Assembly: GCA_002774425.1 (NCBI GenBank)
Contig: PEYJ01000009.1
Coordinates: forward strand, 3,134 to 67,133
Source: Parcubacteria group bacterium CG08_land_8_20_14_0_20_48_21
GTDB lineage: Bacteria; Patescibacteriota; Patescibacteriia; UBA1544
DNA: 64,000 nt
Direction of reading: 5' to 3'
Both the position numbers and the translations under genes were made by a program. Below are positions 1 to 10,439 of this stretch, piece after piece. Under the pieces are notes generated by a model. The model made no database searches. It was given only the letters and a program-made list of their open reading frames with translations, and had not been told where the DNA came from. Each line of letters begins with the position of its first letter. Position 1 is the first letter of the stretch.

Positions 1-1
1 C

Positions 2-172
2 GGAATGGTTGCCGGAGCAAGTGAACTAGGTACGGACACTTCCGTTACGCTACCACCACTAGCGTTCTCAATGTGGGATAAACTCAAAAAATACGCGGGA
101 GCTGCGCTGATTGTTATCGGGTTTTTCGGTATACTCTTTGCACTGTTCGCGGCGCCAAAAGATAAGGTCTAA
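2..172 (+). CDS. 3' end of a gene running in from the left edge; C-terminal transmembrane anchor (probable surface protein)
   Basis: Open frame from nt 2: GMVAGASELGTDTSVTLPPLAFSMWDKLKKYAGAALIVIGFFGILFALFAAPKDKV*; hydrophobic helix followed by a basic tail. Confidence 0.6.
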   Translation, partial: GMVAGASELGTDTSVTLPPLAFSMWDKLKKYAGAALIVIGFFGILFALFAAPKDKV

Positions 173-175
173 ATC

Positions 176-490
176 ATATTCCCTTCCCCTTCGCTCACCT
201 ACGCAAGCTTTCGTTGGATGTCTCATTACGAATTGAGAGTCCAAAAAGAGGTAAAAAAAGAGCTCGGCGCGAAGCGACGAGCGAAAGAAAGGTGTGGGGT
301 TGGACCTGTGAACCCGTCGGTCAGCAGACCCAACCCCACTATAAGCGCGGGGGGTGTTTGGGGAGGGACAAACGCTGCCCCAACGCTTATAAATGGCGAG
401 GAGAGTGTTCTCGTCAACAGGGGGAGGAGGGACCTGTTGCGAAATTGCACTTTCCTCGCCAAGCGAGCGAAGGAAGAATGTATCAAAGAG
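176..490. ncRNA. Putative structured non-coding RNA/element (closing stem plus four hairpins)
   Basis: Nested inverted repeats 188-196/465-473, 214-244, 294-339, 340-391, 395-460; see findings. Confidence 0.45.
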
Positions 491-497
491 CTTGGAT

Positions 498-526
498 ACT
501 CTAGCACGTGCACAAAAGCATGTCAA
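498..526 (-). promoter_or_regulatory. sigma70-type promoter pointing left into the 176-490 element
   Basis: Minus strand TTGACA-17 nt-TAGAGT with TGn extension. Confidence 0.5.
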
Positions 527-708
527 GACCTCTGGCACAACCGACACACTTTTGCTAGACTGGTTTGTATGCGCAACACAACTATCCAACTTGCCATGAT
601 GATGGCTCCGCCGAACGGGGGTTGTGGTTCTTACGCATAATGTACAAACAGTAATTCACCCACACCCCTCGTAGAGGGATTTTTCATTATTTCGTGTATG
701 CAACAACT

Positions 709-1500
709 ATGCTGCTAACCATTATCAATGACTGCCGCGATATGAACGCCGCGGGACGGCAAGCAACGCGCGCCGCAGCACTGCTCAAGGGAACGGTACA
801 CTTTATCGGCGTTGCGAATGATTTGGAGGCAAGCGGCAATCTTGTTGACATGCTTGATGCGTTCGGCGATACGCAAGGCGCCGTGCTGGTCAATGTCGCG
901 CCAAGAAATGGCAAAGCGAAGCTGTGGCATAACGGCACGCCGTTCGGCTATTTTTACTACAAAAAAATTCTTGTTGTGGCAAGTGTTGATGGGCTTACCC
1001 TTTCACTGGTTAAAAAGCTTGGGCTTGCTGATGAACTCAAGGTGCTGGATATAGCGTCATGCCTGCATTTTTTGGAGAAGCGTGAACAGCTCACCGAAAA
1101 CCTCGCATCACGTATACACGAAAGTCAGTTCAGAAGCTATGATTTTCTTCCCCGAGCGGCTGATTGGATTTTGCGCGGGCGTGAGATGCCCTATAGCGTG
1201 CTTTCCCTACAAGCTATCGCGGACGCTCGTCCTTGTGTGTGGTGGGTGGATAATTTCGGCAACTGCAAAACAACGCTGTTGGAGGAAGAAGTGCTCAAAC
1301 GCAAAGATGCGCGTGGCGCCATACCGACAGCGTTCGGCGCGCTGCCTTACTACCCGCGCCTCAAAGATGTACCGGATGATACGGTAGCGTTGGTTACCGG
1401 AAGTTCGGGATTAGAGAATAAGCAATTTGTTGAAATTGTGGCACAGGGTGCAAGCGCCGCACAGGTATTAGGCATTTCTTCGGGAGATGTGATGTGGTAA
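709..1500 (+). CDS. SAM hydroxide adenosyltransferase / chlorinase-fluorinase (DUF62) family protein, divergent
   Basis: WWVDNFGNCKTT motif, C-terminal GSSG..FVEIVAQGASAAQVLGISSGD typical of SAM_HAT_C; start approximate. Confidence 0.7.
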   Translation: MLLTIINDCRDMNAAGRQATRAAALLKGTVHFIGVANDLEASGNLVDMLDAFGDTQGAVLVNVAPRNGKAKLWHNGTPFGYFYYKKILVVASVDGLTLSLVKKLGLADELKVLDIASCLHFLEKREQLTENLASRIHESQFRSYDFLPRAADWILRGREMPYSVLSLQAIADARPCVWWVDNFGNCKTTLLEEEVLKRKDARGAIPTAFGALPYYPRLKDVPDDTVALVTGSSGLENKQFVEIVAQGASAAQVLGISSGDVMW

Positions 1501-1562
1501 TGCGTTCCTATTTCTTTTTACCCCAAAAATCCATACGATTTAGTCGCCGAGCGAAGCGCCGT

Positions 1563-1590
1563 GCCCTTCCATAGCTTTATGCGAAGGAGC
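1563..1590. repeat. Short REP-like palindrome downstream of tRNA-Leu
   Basis: CCTTCCATAGCTTTATGCGAAGG imperfect hairpin within TCGCC...GGCGA arms. Confidence 0.35.
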
Positions 1591-1623
1591 GAGGCGAACC
1601 AAAACCGCTTGCAAATTCCTTAC

Positions 1624-1708
1624 TGGTACCGGGGGCGGGAATCGAACCCGCATGAGTTGCCCCAACGGATTTTAAGTCCGTCGCGTCTACCAATTCCGCC
1701 ACCCCGGC
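1624..1708 (-). tRNA. tRNA-Leu(TAA)
   Basis: Reverse complement GCCGGGGTGGCGGAATTGGTAGACGCG..CT-TAA-AA..GGTTCGATTCCCGCCCCCGGTACCA, long variable arm, CCA encoded. Confidence 0.95.
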
Positions 1709-1798
1709 ATACTAGCTGCACTCCTACGCTATCACGAGAATTTTCCAAGGTCAACTGCACTTGAAACTTTTTTCTCCTCTGCTATACTGGCTAGGCGC

Positions 1799-1875
1799 GC
1801 GGGAATAGCTCAGTTGGCTAGAGCGCTTCCTTGCCAAGGAAGAGGTCGCGGGTTCGAATCCCGTTTCCCGCTCCA
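1799..1875 (+). tRNA. tRNA-Gly(GCC)
   Basis: GCGGGAATAGCTCAGTTGGCTAGAGCG..TT-GCC-AA..GGTTCGAATCCCGTTTCCCGCTCCA; TTGAAA..TATACT promoter at 1761-1788. Confidence 0.97.
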
Positions 1876-1884
1876 AGAAATAAC

Positions 1885-1906
1885 GAGCCGCCCAAAAGGC
1901 GGTTTT
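1885..1906 (+). terminator. Intrinsic terminator after tRNA-Gly
   Basis: GAGCCGCC-CAAAA-GGCGGTTTT. Confidence 0.6.
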
Positions 1907-2177
1907 GTAATTGTTTCGGCGGAAAATATGGTCAGGATAAGGTTGTATGCCCACACCTCATACTTACCATTCCTAAGCGGTTGGTCACCCAATGCGCGGA
2001 AAGCTACGCGCCGGATCGGTAAGCATCGGCATTGATTGAAAAAAACATACGGTAATCACACAACAGTCGTAAACCTGCCCATACATACACTTCGCTTACT
2101 GTTTGCACCATTCGGCATTGTTCTCTTTCACGCACCGTAGTTGCTTTGGCGCCATATTTCCCGTACAATACATCTAT

Positions 2178-3197
2178 ATGGAGGAACGCGTACTGAACCC
2201 GAAACTCACCGAAGAAGAGGCGGCACTTGACCAAACACTCCGTCCGCAGCGATTGGCAGAGTACATAGGTCAGAACAAGATCAAAGAAAATTTGTCCATA
2301 TTTATTGATGCCGCAAAAAAACGCAAAGAAGCGCTGGATCACGTGCTGCTCTACGGCGGTCCGGGTTTGGGCAAGACAACCCTCGCACACATTATCGCGC
2401 GCGAAATGGGTGTCGGCATCAAAGCGACCTCCGGCCCCGCAATAGAGCGCGCGGGAGATTTGGCGGCTATTCTCACCAATCTCCAGGAAGGCGATGTGCT
2501 GTTTATTGACGAAATCCATCGCCTCAACAAGATTATTGAGGAAGTGCTCTATCCGGCTATGGAAGATTACGCGCTGGACATCGTCATCGGTAAAGGACCC
2601 TCCGCAAGAACACTGCGCTTGGACTTACCGCGCTTTACTCTCATCGGCGCCACTACCAAAATGAGCCTGCTCTCAAGCCCTTTGCGCGACCGGTTCGGCA
2701 ATATTCTGCGGCTGAATTTTTATGACCAGGATGATATTAAAAAAATAGTTGAGCGATCGGCGCGCATTCTGGATATGTCGGTTGACGCGGAATCAGCGGT
2801 TGAAGTTGCCAAGAGATCCCGCCGCACGCCGCGCGTTGCCAATCGACTCTTAAAGCGCGTGCGTGATTTTTCGCAAGTGCGCGGCGATGGTACGCTGACA
2901 CTTGATATTACCCGTAAAGCCCTCCACTTGCTTGAGGTGGATGAATTCGGGTTGGATGAAATTGACCGGCGTATTTTGGAAGCGATTATTCAAAAATTCC
3001 AAGGAGGACCCGTTGGCCTCTCCACACTCGCTGCCGCAACCGCAGAAGAAATTGCCACAATTGAAGATATTTATGAGCCGTTTCTGATGCAAATCGGTTT
3101 TTTGCACCGTACCCCAAGAGGCCGCGTTGCTACCGAGCTCGCTTATGAGCATTTGGGTTTCTCCGTTCCGGATTCCCTCCAAAACAAACTCTTGTAG
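2178..3197 (+). CDS. ruvB: Holliday junction branch migration helicase RuvB
   Basis: [12 protein letters not shown], Walker [28 protein letters not shown]. Confidence 0.97.
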   Translation: MEERVLNPKLTEEEAALDQTLRPQRLAEYIGQNKIKENLSIFIDAAKKRKEALDHVLLYGGPGLGKTTLAHIIAREMGVGIKATSGPAIERAGDLAAILTNLQEGDVLFIDEIHRLNKIIEEVLYPAMEDYALDIVIGKGPSARTLRLDLPRFTLIGATTKMSLLSSPLRDRFGNILRLNFYDQDDIKKIVERSARILDMSVDAESAVEVAKRSRRTPRVANRLLKRVRDFSQVRGDGTLTLDITRKALHLLEVDEFGLDEIDRRILEAIIQKFQGGPVGLSTLAAATAEEIATIEDIYEPFLMQIGFLHRTPRGRVATELAYEHLGFSVPDSLQNKLL

Positions 3198-3247
3198 AGC
3201 GATATGTTCTTCGTACCAAAAATTTCTTACTTCATACACCCTCTTCC

Positions 3248-3484
3248 ATGACCATCGCCGTCTTTCTCCTTATCTATCTTGGAGCGCTTCTCGTATTTGT
3301 CGTATACAGCGGTTTTGTGTACTACCACTTGTTTCGTTTTGGTTTTAAAAGCCGCGTAGTCTATGCCGTCAACGCCTTGTATGCCCTGGTTGCCTGCGCT
3401 CTCATCGCGGTATCGCTTGCTTACATACTGCAGATTGATTGGACTGTGCCGATATTCCCCTCTATCTCCCTTACACTTCCTTAA
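3248..3484 (+). CDS. Small two-TM membrane protein
   Basis: 78 aa, two hydrophobic helices, co-oriented within the ruvB-queA run. Confidence 0.65.
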   Translation: MTIAVFLLIYLGALLVFVVYSGFVYYHLFRFGFKSRVVYAVNALYALVACALIAVSLAYILQIDWTVPIFPSISLTLP

Positions 3485-3507
3485 ACCCTGCCCGGTTGTA
3501 AAGTAGT

Positions 3508-4113
3508 ATGTTTACCACACACCACTATCCGCATCAACGACCTGATGAACGCATTGTCTTCTACCTGCGGCGGTATTGGTTCGTATTTTTTAAAACGATG
3601 CTTTTTTACGCCGTACTCCTTATTTTTCCGTACCTATTTTTTCTCCTCTCTGAAACACTCTTCCCAAATCTTCTTTCAAGCTCTGTAGGATTTCCGGCCA
3701 TCGTCATTGGCGCGAGTATCTACTACCTATTTATCTGGCTGTTCTTTTTCCACGCATTTGCCGATTACTACTTGGATATGTGGATCGTTACCAATCACCG
3801 CATCATCAATATTGAGCAGGAAGGTTTGTTTGCGCGCGTTATCTCCGAACAGGATCTCCAGAGAATCCAAGATATTACCTCCGATATCCACGGTTTTTTC
3901 CCAACATTATTTGGCTACGGTAATGTACACATTCAAACGGCGGGTGAGCAGCAGCGTTTTACCTTTGAGCAGGTGTCGCATGCCGCGGAAGTTGCGCGCA
4001 ATATTCAAACCCAAGTTCGGCTTTGCCAGGCGCACGGACATACTCTTGCCGGAGCCAATCAGCAGGCGCCGATTGAGCGCAAAGCCGTGAAAACAGGTGA
4101 GTTTGTTTTATGA
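3508..4113 (+). CDS. Bacterial PH-domain (bPH_2) membrane protein
   Basis: Two TM segments then WIVTNHRII..QDITS..FGYGNVHIQTAG. Confidence 0.8.
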   Translation: MFTTHHYPHQRPDERIVFYLRRYWFVFFKTMLFYAVLLIFPYLFFLLSETLFPNLLSSSVGFPAIVIGASIYYLFIWLFFFHAFADYYLDMWIVTNHRIINIEQEGLFARVISEQDLQRIQDITSDIHGFFPTLFGYGNVHIQTAGEQQRFTFEQVSHAAEVARNIQTQVRLCQAHGHTLAGANQQAPIERKAVKTGEFVL

Positions 4114-5171
4114 AAGTTTCCCTTTTCAAGTACCACCTTCCTAAAAATCGTATTGCCCAGACACCCGCTTCCCCGCGCGACCACGCGCGGCTTTTCGTAT
4201 TGGACAAAAAAGCGGGACGCTGCGCGCACAAGCATATCTATGATTTACCCAACCTCTTACGTTCGGGCGATATACTCGTACTCAATAATTCAAAAGTCAT
4301 TCCGGCACGGCTGTATGCGCGGAAAGTCTTGGAAGTTGGCGGAGGTGGTCGGGTTGAGCTCTTTCTCCTTAAACACGCCGGCGGGCGCATTTGGCACGTG
4401 TTGCTCAAAGGGCAAAATCTGCGTCCGCAAACCAGGCTCACGCTGCTTCCAACCAAAACGATTTTTTGTACGATCCTTCGGCGCGAACAAGACGGTGCTA
4501 CTCTGGTAGAATTTTCAGATTCACGTGCAGCTGTTCACGCATTTTATGCAGCGCACGGCGAAACGCCTTTGCCACCCTATATTAAGGCTTCGGGAAAATC
4601 CGCGCGGGTAAAATCGCATTATCAAACTATTTTCGCCAAAACTTCGGGATCCGTCGCGGCACCTACCGCAGGACTTCATTTCACCAAAAATCTTTTGCGT
4701 GCCATTGCAACAAAAGGTGTGCAGATAGAATACGTAACACTCCATGTGGGACTCGGCACGTTTGAACCGATACGCACGGCGTATATTGAAGACCACGCTA
4801 TGCATGCGGAATACGCGGAAATTGACCGTGAAACACTCAAACGTCTTTTGCGCGCCAAGACTGAAAGGCGGCGCATGGTGGCGGTCGGCACCACCTCCGC
4901 GCGTATCCTTGAAGGTTTGGTTGCGCCATACCTTTCCACGCCCTATCCAAAAAAAGATAAAATTTCGGCAGAGCTTACTACCTATATCTACCCTCCTTAT
5001 GCGTTCAAAATGGTAGACGCACTGCTTACCAATTTTCATCTCCCACAATCATCTCTCTTAGTGCTCGTAGCTGCTTTTACGGGACGCTCGGCTATTTTGC
5101 GCGCGTACCAAAAAGCGATACGCGCTGGATATCGCTTTTATTCATTCGGTGATGCCATGTTCATTCATTGA
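4110..5171 (+). CDS. queA: SAM:tRNA ribosyltransferase-isomerase QueA
   Basis: IAQTP, NNSKVIPARL, PLPPYI, GSVAAPTAGLHFT, TNFHLP, YRFYSFGDAM. Confidence 0.97.
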   Translation: MKVSLFKYHLPKNRIAQTPASPRDHARLFVLDKKAGRCAHKHIYDLPNLLRSGDILVLNNSKVIPARLYARKVLEVGGGGRVELFLLKHAGGRIWHVLLKGQNLRPQTRLTLLPTKTIFCTILRREQDGATLVEFSDSRAAVHAFYAAHGETPLPPYIKASGKSARVKSHYQTIFAKTSGSVAAPTAGLHFTKNLLRAIATKGVQIEYVTLHVGLGTFEPIRTAYIEDHAMHAEYAEIDRETLKRLLRAKTERRRMVAVGTTSARILEGLVAPYLSTPYPKKDKISAELTTYIYPPYAFKMVDALLTNFHLPQSSLLVLVAAFTGRSAILRAYQKAIRAGYRFYSFGDAMFIH

Positions 5172-6891
5172 AAGCGCCGGGCAGTTGTTGCTGAAAACGG
5201 TATACCAAAAACTCTTTTTCACCCGCGCGATTGACAATCTCTTCCGGCACACTGCCCTGTTGCATGAGATGTGTTTGCACTATGCTACCAAGTTCCGTTT
5301 GTCGCGCTTTTACAACCAGCGGCATGCGGGTGTTGGCGGGTATAATAAATATAATCTCCATACCGCCCAGTTGACTAAGCGTTTCGCGTGTCAGTCCCGC
5401 TATCACCTCTTTGTACAGGGTCGCGCTGATCATCGGCCATCCTTCGTAGAGCGATCTGCGGTCAAACGTCCATAACCGCGGAAGGTCCATAATGTTGTCG
5501 TCATATACCACCACTACCCGCGCGGGTTTCGCCGTGCCTGTTTTTTTCCGGTCAATATTTTGCTGATGCAATTCTTCCAAAAACGGGTAGGTATAGGGAA
5601 GAGTAAGGGCGGGATATTGCCCCGCTAGCGCGCGGTTGAGGTAGGTCTCTACCGCATTAAATCCCCAGTCGTGTACATCCCAATGTATTGCGGAATAGGT
5701 AAAGGGTGTCATGCCGAGCGGTTGCGACAAAAGAAAGGTATTACGTGCATAACATATTTCCAAAAATACCAAGAGGCCAAGCAATGCATAGATCGTCTGT
5801 TGGCGTGTTTGCGATTGCGTATGCAGTATTATACTAACACCCCAAGCAACAAGCAGCGCAACAAAAGGCATGACGAGTGTTAAAAACCGCACAGCAGATC
5901 CTATAACCGCATACATCGTGATTGCGCCAGCAAGTAGCAGCAGTAACAACACAACCCGCCGGTCACCATGCTTTCCTTTTTTGATAAGCTGATACCCGCT
6001 CATTCCCAGCGCAGCCATCAACAGAACATTGCTTAGGGGAGAGCGATAGTGCGCAAAATTGGTAAAAATTCCCGTAAGTCTCTGCGCAAGACTTCCCAAT
6101 TCTTTTCCCGGCGCCACCTGCCAATACGGTACCCCTTGACCAAACAGGTGGAAGAGCTGAAAATCAAAATGCCCAAGCGTTTTATAGAGAAAGTAGTTGT
6201 AGATGCAAACAGGAATTGCAACAATACAGAACACTGCGACACTGGCGTAGAAATACCGACTCCGCAACATAGTTCTTTCATAGAGTGCGGCATAGATGAG
6301 CAACGGCGGCACAATAAACAGCGCCGTATACTTTGAAAGAACGCCCGCGCCCAATGCCAGTCCAACACCGAACAACCACTTTTGCCCCTCAAATCCTTTT
6401 ACAAAGAAAAGCACGGCAAGTAAGGAGAAAAAGATAACCTGTGACTCTTGCATCCCCACGCGCCCAACATACACCATGAGCACATCTGTTGCCATGAATG
6501 CCGCCGCAATCAAACCAGTCTTTTTTGAAAAAAGGCGGGTGCCGATTGCATAGACCAGCCAAACGCTCGCGAGTGCGAAAAGTGCGGAGGAAAGGCGCAG
6601 CGTCCAAAGACTTACGCCAAACAGCACAAAAAATACGTGCTGCACGGCAAACACCAGAGGCGGGTGATCATGAAAAGAAAGTTTGGTCCACCAGGGAGCC
6701 GCACCAGGCAAAAGTTGTAAGGTACTTGGCTGCTGCAGCGCAAAATCAAAATCAAGATAGCTAATGGAGCGAAACCCGTACAACACTTCATCGGACAACG
6801 CATTGCCATTTCCTAGCGCGGTTAGTCGCAGCAATGCCGCAACCGCGAGTATGCCGAAAAACACGAACATGAGTTTTTTCTCGGACTGCAT
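5161..6891 (-). CDS. GT-C fold glycosyltransferase family 39 (ArnT/PMT-like)
   Basis: DE motif (SDEVLY), DHPPL, LSKY, many TM helices; start approximate. Confidence 0.8.
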   Translation of the reverse strand: MQSEKKLMFVFFGILAVAALLRLTALGNGNALSDEVLYGFRSISYLDFDFALQQPSTLQLLPGAAPWWTKLSFHDHPPLVFAVQHVFFVLFGVSLWTLRLSSALFALASVWLVYAIGTRLFSKKTGLIAAAFMATDVLMVYVGRVGMQESQVIFFSLLAVLFFVKGFEGQKWLFGVGLALGAGVLSKYTALFIVPPLLIYAALYERTMLRSRYFYASVAVFCIVAIPVCIYNYFLYKTLGHFDFQLFHLFGQGVPYWQVAPGKELGSLAQRLTGIFTNFAHYRSPLSNVLLMAALGMSGYQLIKKGKHGDRRVVLLLLLLAGAITMYAVIGSAVRFLTLVMPFVALLVAWGVSIILHTQSQTRQQTIYALLGLLVFLEICYARNTFLLSQPLGMTPFTYSAIHWDVHDWGFNAVETYLNRALAGQYPALTLPYTYPFLEELHQQNIDRKKTGTAKPARVVVVYDDNIMDLPRLWTFDRRSLYEGWPMISATLYKEVIAGLTRETLSQLGGMEIIFIIPANTRMPLVVKARQTELGSIVQTHLMQQGSVPEEIVNRAGEKEFLVYRFQQQLPGAFNE

Positions 6892-6963
6892 AGAGAGAGC
6901 ATACCACACGTGCGCGAGCAAAAAAACTCCCCGCGATTTTGGGGAGTATTGCATGACCTGAAC

Positions 6964-8640
6964 TTACCGGTAGAGAGGCAGTATGGCCGTGCCGGTATAG
7001 AAGTAGCGTAAAATGGTTTTCCAATCCTTACCCTCATCCTGTGCCATGGCAACAGCGGCTTGCGCGGACATGCCTACGCCATGCCCCAATAGCGGTTTAC
7101 CGAGATCTTCCGGAACCGCGACGGACACAAGCCATGGTTTTGCAGAACCTCCCCAAACTTCAGTCCAACCGCGCGTTCTGCCGTCGCTTTGCGTATAGTA
7201 GGGCGTCACGACCAGGTGCGTGTCATACGCTACCACCTGCCCACGTGTCACTGCAACCGCTGTTGCAACATTAGGAAGGCGCGTCTCCGCTCCGTAGCCG
7301 CGATACACCTGGTCGTAGGTTGCGTCAACGGTAAAATGCTCATCGGCGTGTTTTGAAGGATTGAGATAGTGCCACAGCACATAGGTACGCGCGGCGGTCA
7401 ACAATGCTTTCTGATATTCCATCGGTCCGCTGTTGGATGTTTCCACCAGACCCTTGAGATAACTATCCAAAGGCAGTTCATTGATCATCCATGTTTTTCC
7501 GGTCATTGCCGCATGGTGAAATTCCAATACACCCCTAAACTGATTGTCGTTGAGCTTCGTGTTCCATGCAGGACGCTGTTCCAATGTCGTAATGGTAAAA
7601 ATACCTTGCGCATCCGTTGACTCAAAACGCACGGGCTCCGCAATGGTTTTTGTTTGGCCCGGTGTATGGATGGTGTAGTGGTTTGCGCCGGGAATAAACC
7701 ATACGGATGATTCTTGATTTGCCAAAATGGTGAAAAGTGTCTCGCCACTCTGCGCTCCCATAATACGGTAGGTCTTGGTGTTGGTCAGCGCAACCGGCTT
7801 AGCGGTCGCATAGAGTCCCACGCGTATATTTGGCTCCTGCTGATTCGTACAATCTTCGATGGTTGCCGCTTGCGGTGCAAGCTTCGGCTCACACAGCATG
7901 GCTACATTCTGCACGGTTGATTGCGGCGTAGGTATGACGGGTTGAGTCAATTGCTGTTCCGTTATTTTTTGTTTCACGACAACTGCTGGTTGCATAGCCT
8001 CTACAACCAACACAAACGACCCGCCCGACACCCATGCCGTATCTTCTGCCGCAAGCTGAAAAGTATCGCGATATATTCCTACTGCCACAGGAATGCTTAC
8101 GGTAAATGTAATGAACCCTATTTGCCCGGGTGCAATATATGTAGGAGTTACGCGCGCCGCATGCTCCCCGTTGAGCCAGCTCGTATGAGCAAAAATACTC
8201 TTGTCGGTTACATAATCGCGATTATAGAGAGAGATATACGCGCCCCCTTCACTACGCCAAGCCCTGGTACCGATATTTTTAAAGCCAAGTTGCACGGTTG
8301 CCGTACTTCCTACCTCGGCGCGCATAGCGCCGCGTGGCTGTAACAGCAACGTTGCGGCATAAGGTGCGCTTTCCGCCGCATATACGGAAGTTGCAAAAAA
8401 TCTTTGGTGGACGCTATCGGCGGATTTTCTGATAGCAGTGTCTGCCCCCTGCATCCGCATATCAATAGTATGCAGAGCGCTTGATATGCCCGCAACAATA
8501 AAAAAAGCAACGATCAGCGCGCGCCACAACCCCCGCGGGTTTTCACGATCGCTCATCATTGCTTTCTTGAAAGTTCTTGCGCATGACCTGGCGTGCCTGT
8601 AATCCAATGGTCGTGCTTTTATAGGGTATAAAGCAGACAT
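6964..8640 (-). CDS. SpoIID/LytB-domain protein with an N-terminal Ig-like domain
   Basis: INELPLDSYLKGLVE, AARTY, DQVYRG, GHGVGMSAQAA, ILRYFYTG. Confidence 0.85.
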   Translation of the reverse strand: MSALYPIKARPLDYRHARSCARTFKKAMMSDRENPRGLWRALIVAFFIVAGISSALHTIDMRMQGADTAIRKSADSVHQRFFATSVYAAESAPYAATLLLQPRGAMRAEVGSTATVQLGFKNIGTRAWRSEGGAYISLYNRDYVTDKSIFAHTSWLNGEHAARVTPTYIAPGQIGFITFTVSIPVAVGIYRDTFQLAAEDTAWVSGGSFVLVVEAMQPAVVVKQKITEQQLTQPVIPTPQSTVQNVAMLCEPKLAPQAATIEDCTNQQEPNIRVGLYATAKPVALTNTKTYRIMGAQSGETLFTILANQESSVWFIPGANHYTIHTPGQTKTIAEPVRFESTDAQGIFTITTLEQRPAWNTKLNDNQFRGVLEFHHAAMTGKTWMINELPLDSYLKGLVETSNSGPMEYQKALLTAARTYVLWHYLNPSKHADEHFTVDATYDQVYRGYGAETRLPNVATAVAVTRGQVVAYDTHLVVTPYYTQSDGRTRGWTEVWGGSAKPWLVSVAVPEDLGKPLLGHGVGMSAQAAVAMAQDEGKDWKTILRYFYTGTAILPLYR

Positions 8641-8874
8641 TTTGATCTTCTTTTATTTTTGTTTTTTAAGCAAATTTTTGACTTATTACTCATAGTATAG
8701 CACCTATACACTCAAGAATCAAGTTTTTGTAACGTACCTGTTGCCAAATGAACGTGGTTGTGTTAGGGTAGCATGCACTATCTACTGCATGAAAATTGAA
8801 AGGAGGAGAAATTTTTTGTGCAAGCTGCGGTTATGCCCTTTGAAAATTTGCACCATCGACCAAGGGAGCGCGTC

Positions 8875-10386
8875 ATGACAAAAATTATTATTGAACCGGC
8901 GTTGAGTTTCGATGACGTAACACTGATACCCGGGGCATCTGACTTTATTCCCGGGGAAGCTGATGTTTCAACAACCATTGCCGGCTTTCGCATGTCCATA
9001 CCAATATTTTCTGCAGCCATGGATACGGTGACGGAAGCGCGTTTGAGCAAGGCACTCGCCGCAGAAGGGGGTATGGGAGTTATTCATAAAAACCTCTCCC
9101 CTTCTGATCAAGCGGCACATGTACGCAACGTAAAATCGGCGCAAGCGGGATTCGTTACGCATCCGAGAACAATTGCTCCCGGCGCAACGCTGGCGGAGGT
9201 TCGAGCTGAATTTGCAAAATGGCGCATTTCCGGTCTGGTGGTCATAAAGCCAGGTGAGCGTTGCCCTTTGGGCATCATTACCAGAAGCGACGTTGAATTT
9301 GAGTTACTTCAAGAAAATGACGAGCGTAAGGTTAACGCGCTTCCCGTCCATAAGGTGATGACGCCGCGTGAACGACTGATTACCGTGCAAAAAAAAGATG
9401 TATTGCGCAGTGAAACGGTATGCACCAAAACCGTGCTGCCGCTCTTTCGGAAACACCGCATTGAGAAACTTGTGGTAATAGATTCAGACAGCAATTTTGC
9501 CGGCCTCGTAACCATGCGGGATATCAAGAAATCCCATCAATACCCGCATGCGTGCGTTGATGCTAAAAATCGCCTGCGGGTGGCGGCGGCGGTTGGAGTT
9601 GGAGAAGATGCGCTACTACGCGCCGAGCTGCTCGTTGCAGCGGGTGTTGACCTGCTTGTGGTGGATACCGCGCACGGCCATCATCGTAATGTCGGCAAAA
9701 CCATTAAGGAGTTGAAACGTCTCTATGCCACGATTCCCATCGTAGCTGGAAATGTGGCAACTGCTGATGGCGCGCAAGCGCTCATAGATGCCGGCGCGGA
9801 TTGCATAAAAGTCGGCATGGGACCCGGGTCAATTTGTACCACGCGTGTTGTATCCGGTGCGGGAATTCCGCAAATTACCGCGATAACGGAGTCCGCTGCA
9901 ATTGCCCATGAATATGGGATTACGGTCATCGCTGACGGTGGTATCAAGCAGTCAGGAGATATTCCTAAAGCGCTTGCCGCAGGAGCTGATGCGGTTATGA
10001 TCGGCGGTTTATTTGCCGGAACCAAGGAATCTCCCGGAGAAGAATATCTCTTTGCGGGAAAGCGATATAAATCTTATCGCGGCATGGGATCGCTTGGTGC
10101 CATGCAGCAAGGAAGTGCGGATAGATATGGGCAAAATCCCTATCAGGAATTGCGCAAACTCGTTCCCGAAGGGATTGAAGGGCAGGTGCCGTATAAGGGC
10201 CCTTTGCGTGACACACTCATTCAGCTGATTGGAGGACTACGCAGCGGCATGGGCTATACCGGCTGCCAAACCATTCAGGAACTGCATGAGCGCGCGAAGC
10301 TTCGCGCGGTAACCGCGGCCGGACTTCGCGAGAGTCACGTGCATGATATTACTATCACCAAGGAGGCACCAAACTATATTATGTAA
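8875..10386 (+). CDS. guaB: IMP dehydrogenase with CBS pair
   Basis: [37 protein letters not shown]; alternative GTG start at 8818. Confidence 0.96.
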   Translation: MTKIIIEPALSFDDVTLIPGASDFIPGEADVSTTIAGFRMSIPIFSAAMDTVTEARLSKALAAEGGMGVIHKNLSPSDQAAHVRNVKSAQAGFVTHPRTIAPGATLAEVRAEFAKWRISGLVVIKPGERCPLGIITRSDVEFELLQENDERKVNALPVHKVMTPRERLITVQKKDVLRSETVCTKTVLPLFRKHRIEKLVVIDSDSNFAGLVTMRDIKKSHQYPHACVDAKNRLRVAAAVGVGEDALLRAELLVAAGVDLLVVDTAHGHHRNVGKTIKELKRLYATIPIVAGNVATADGAQALIDAGADCIKVGMGPGSICTTRVVSGAGIPQITAITESAAIAHEYGITVIADGGIKQSGDIPKALAAGADAVMIGGLFAGTKESPGEEYLFAGKRYKSYRGMGSLGAMQQGSADRYGQNPYQELRKLVPEGIEGQVPYKGPLRDTLIQLIGGLRSGMGYTGCQTIQELHERAKLRAVTAAGLRESHVHDITITKEAPNYIM

Positions 10387-10404
10387 TACGCCCTTTTCAG
10401 CATC

Positions 10405-10436
10405 AAAGCCGCCCGTGGTATGGACGGCTTTTTTTT
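10405..10436 (+). terminator. Intrinsic terminator between convergent guaB and tig
   Basis: AAAGCCG..CGGCTTT followed by a T-run. Confidence 0.6.
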
Positions 10437-10439
10437 GCG

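Noticed and set aside
395-460. GGCGAGGAAAGTG on minus resembling the RNase P RNA GAGGAAAGUCC motif
   Set aside because: Lacks the following CC and the other conserved RNase P regions; it is one arm of a local hairpin
68-640. Overlapping ORFs of 68-173 aa on both strands
   Set aside because: No motifs and mutually overlapping; the region is better explained by the structured element
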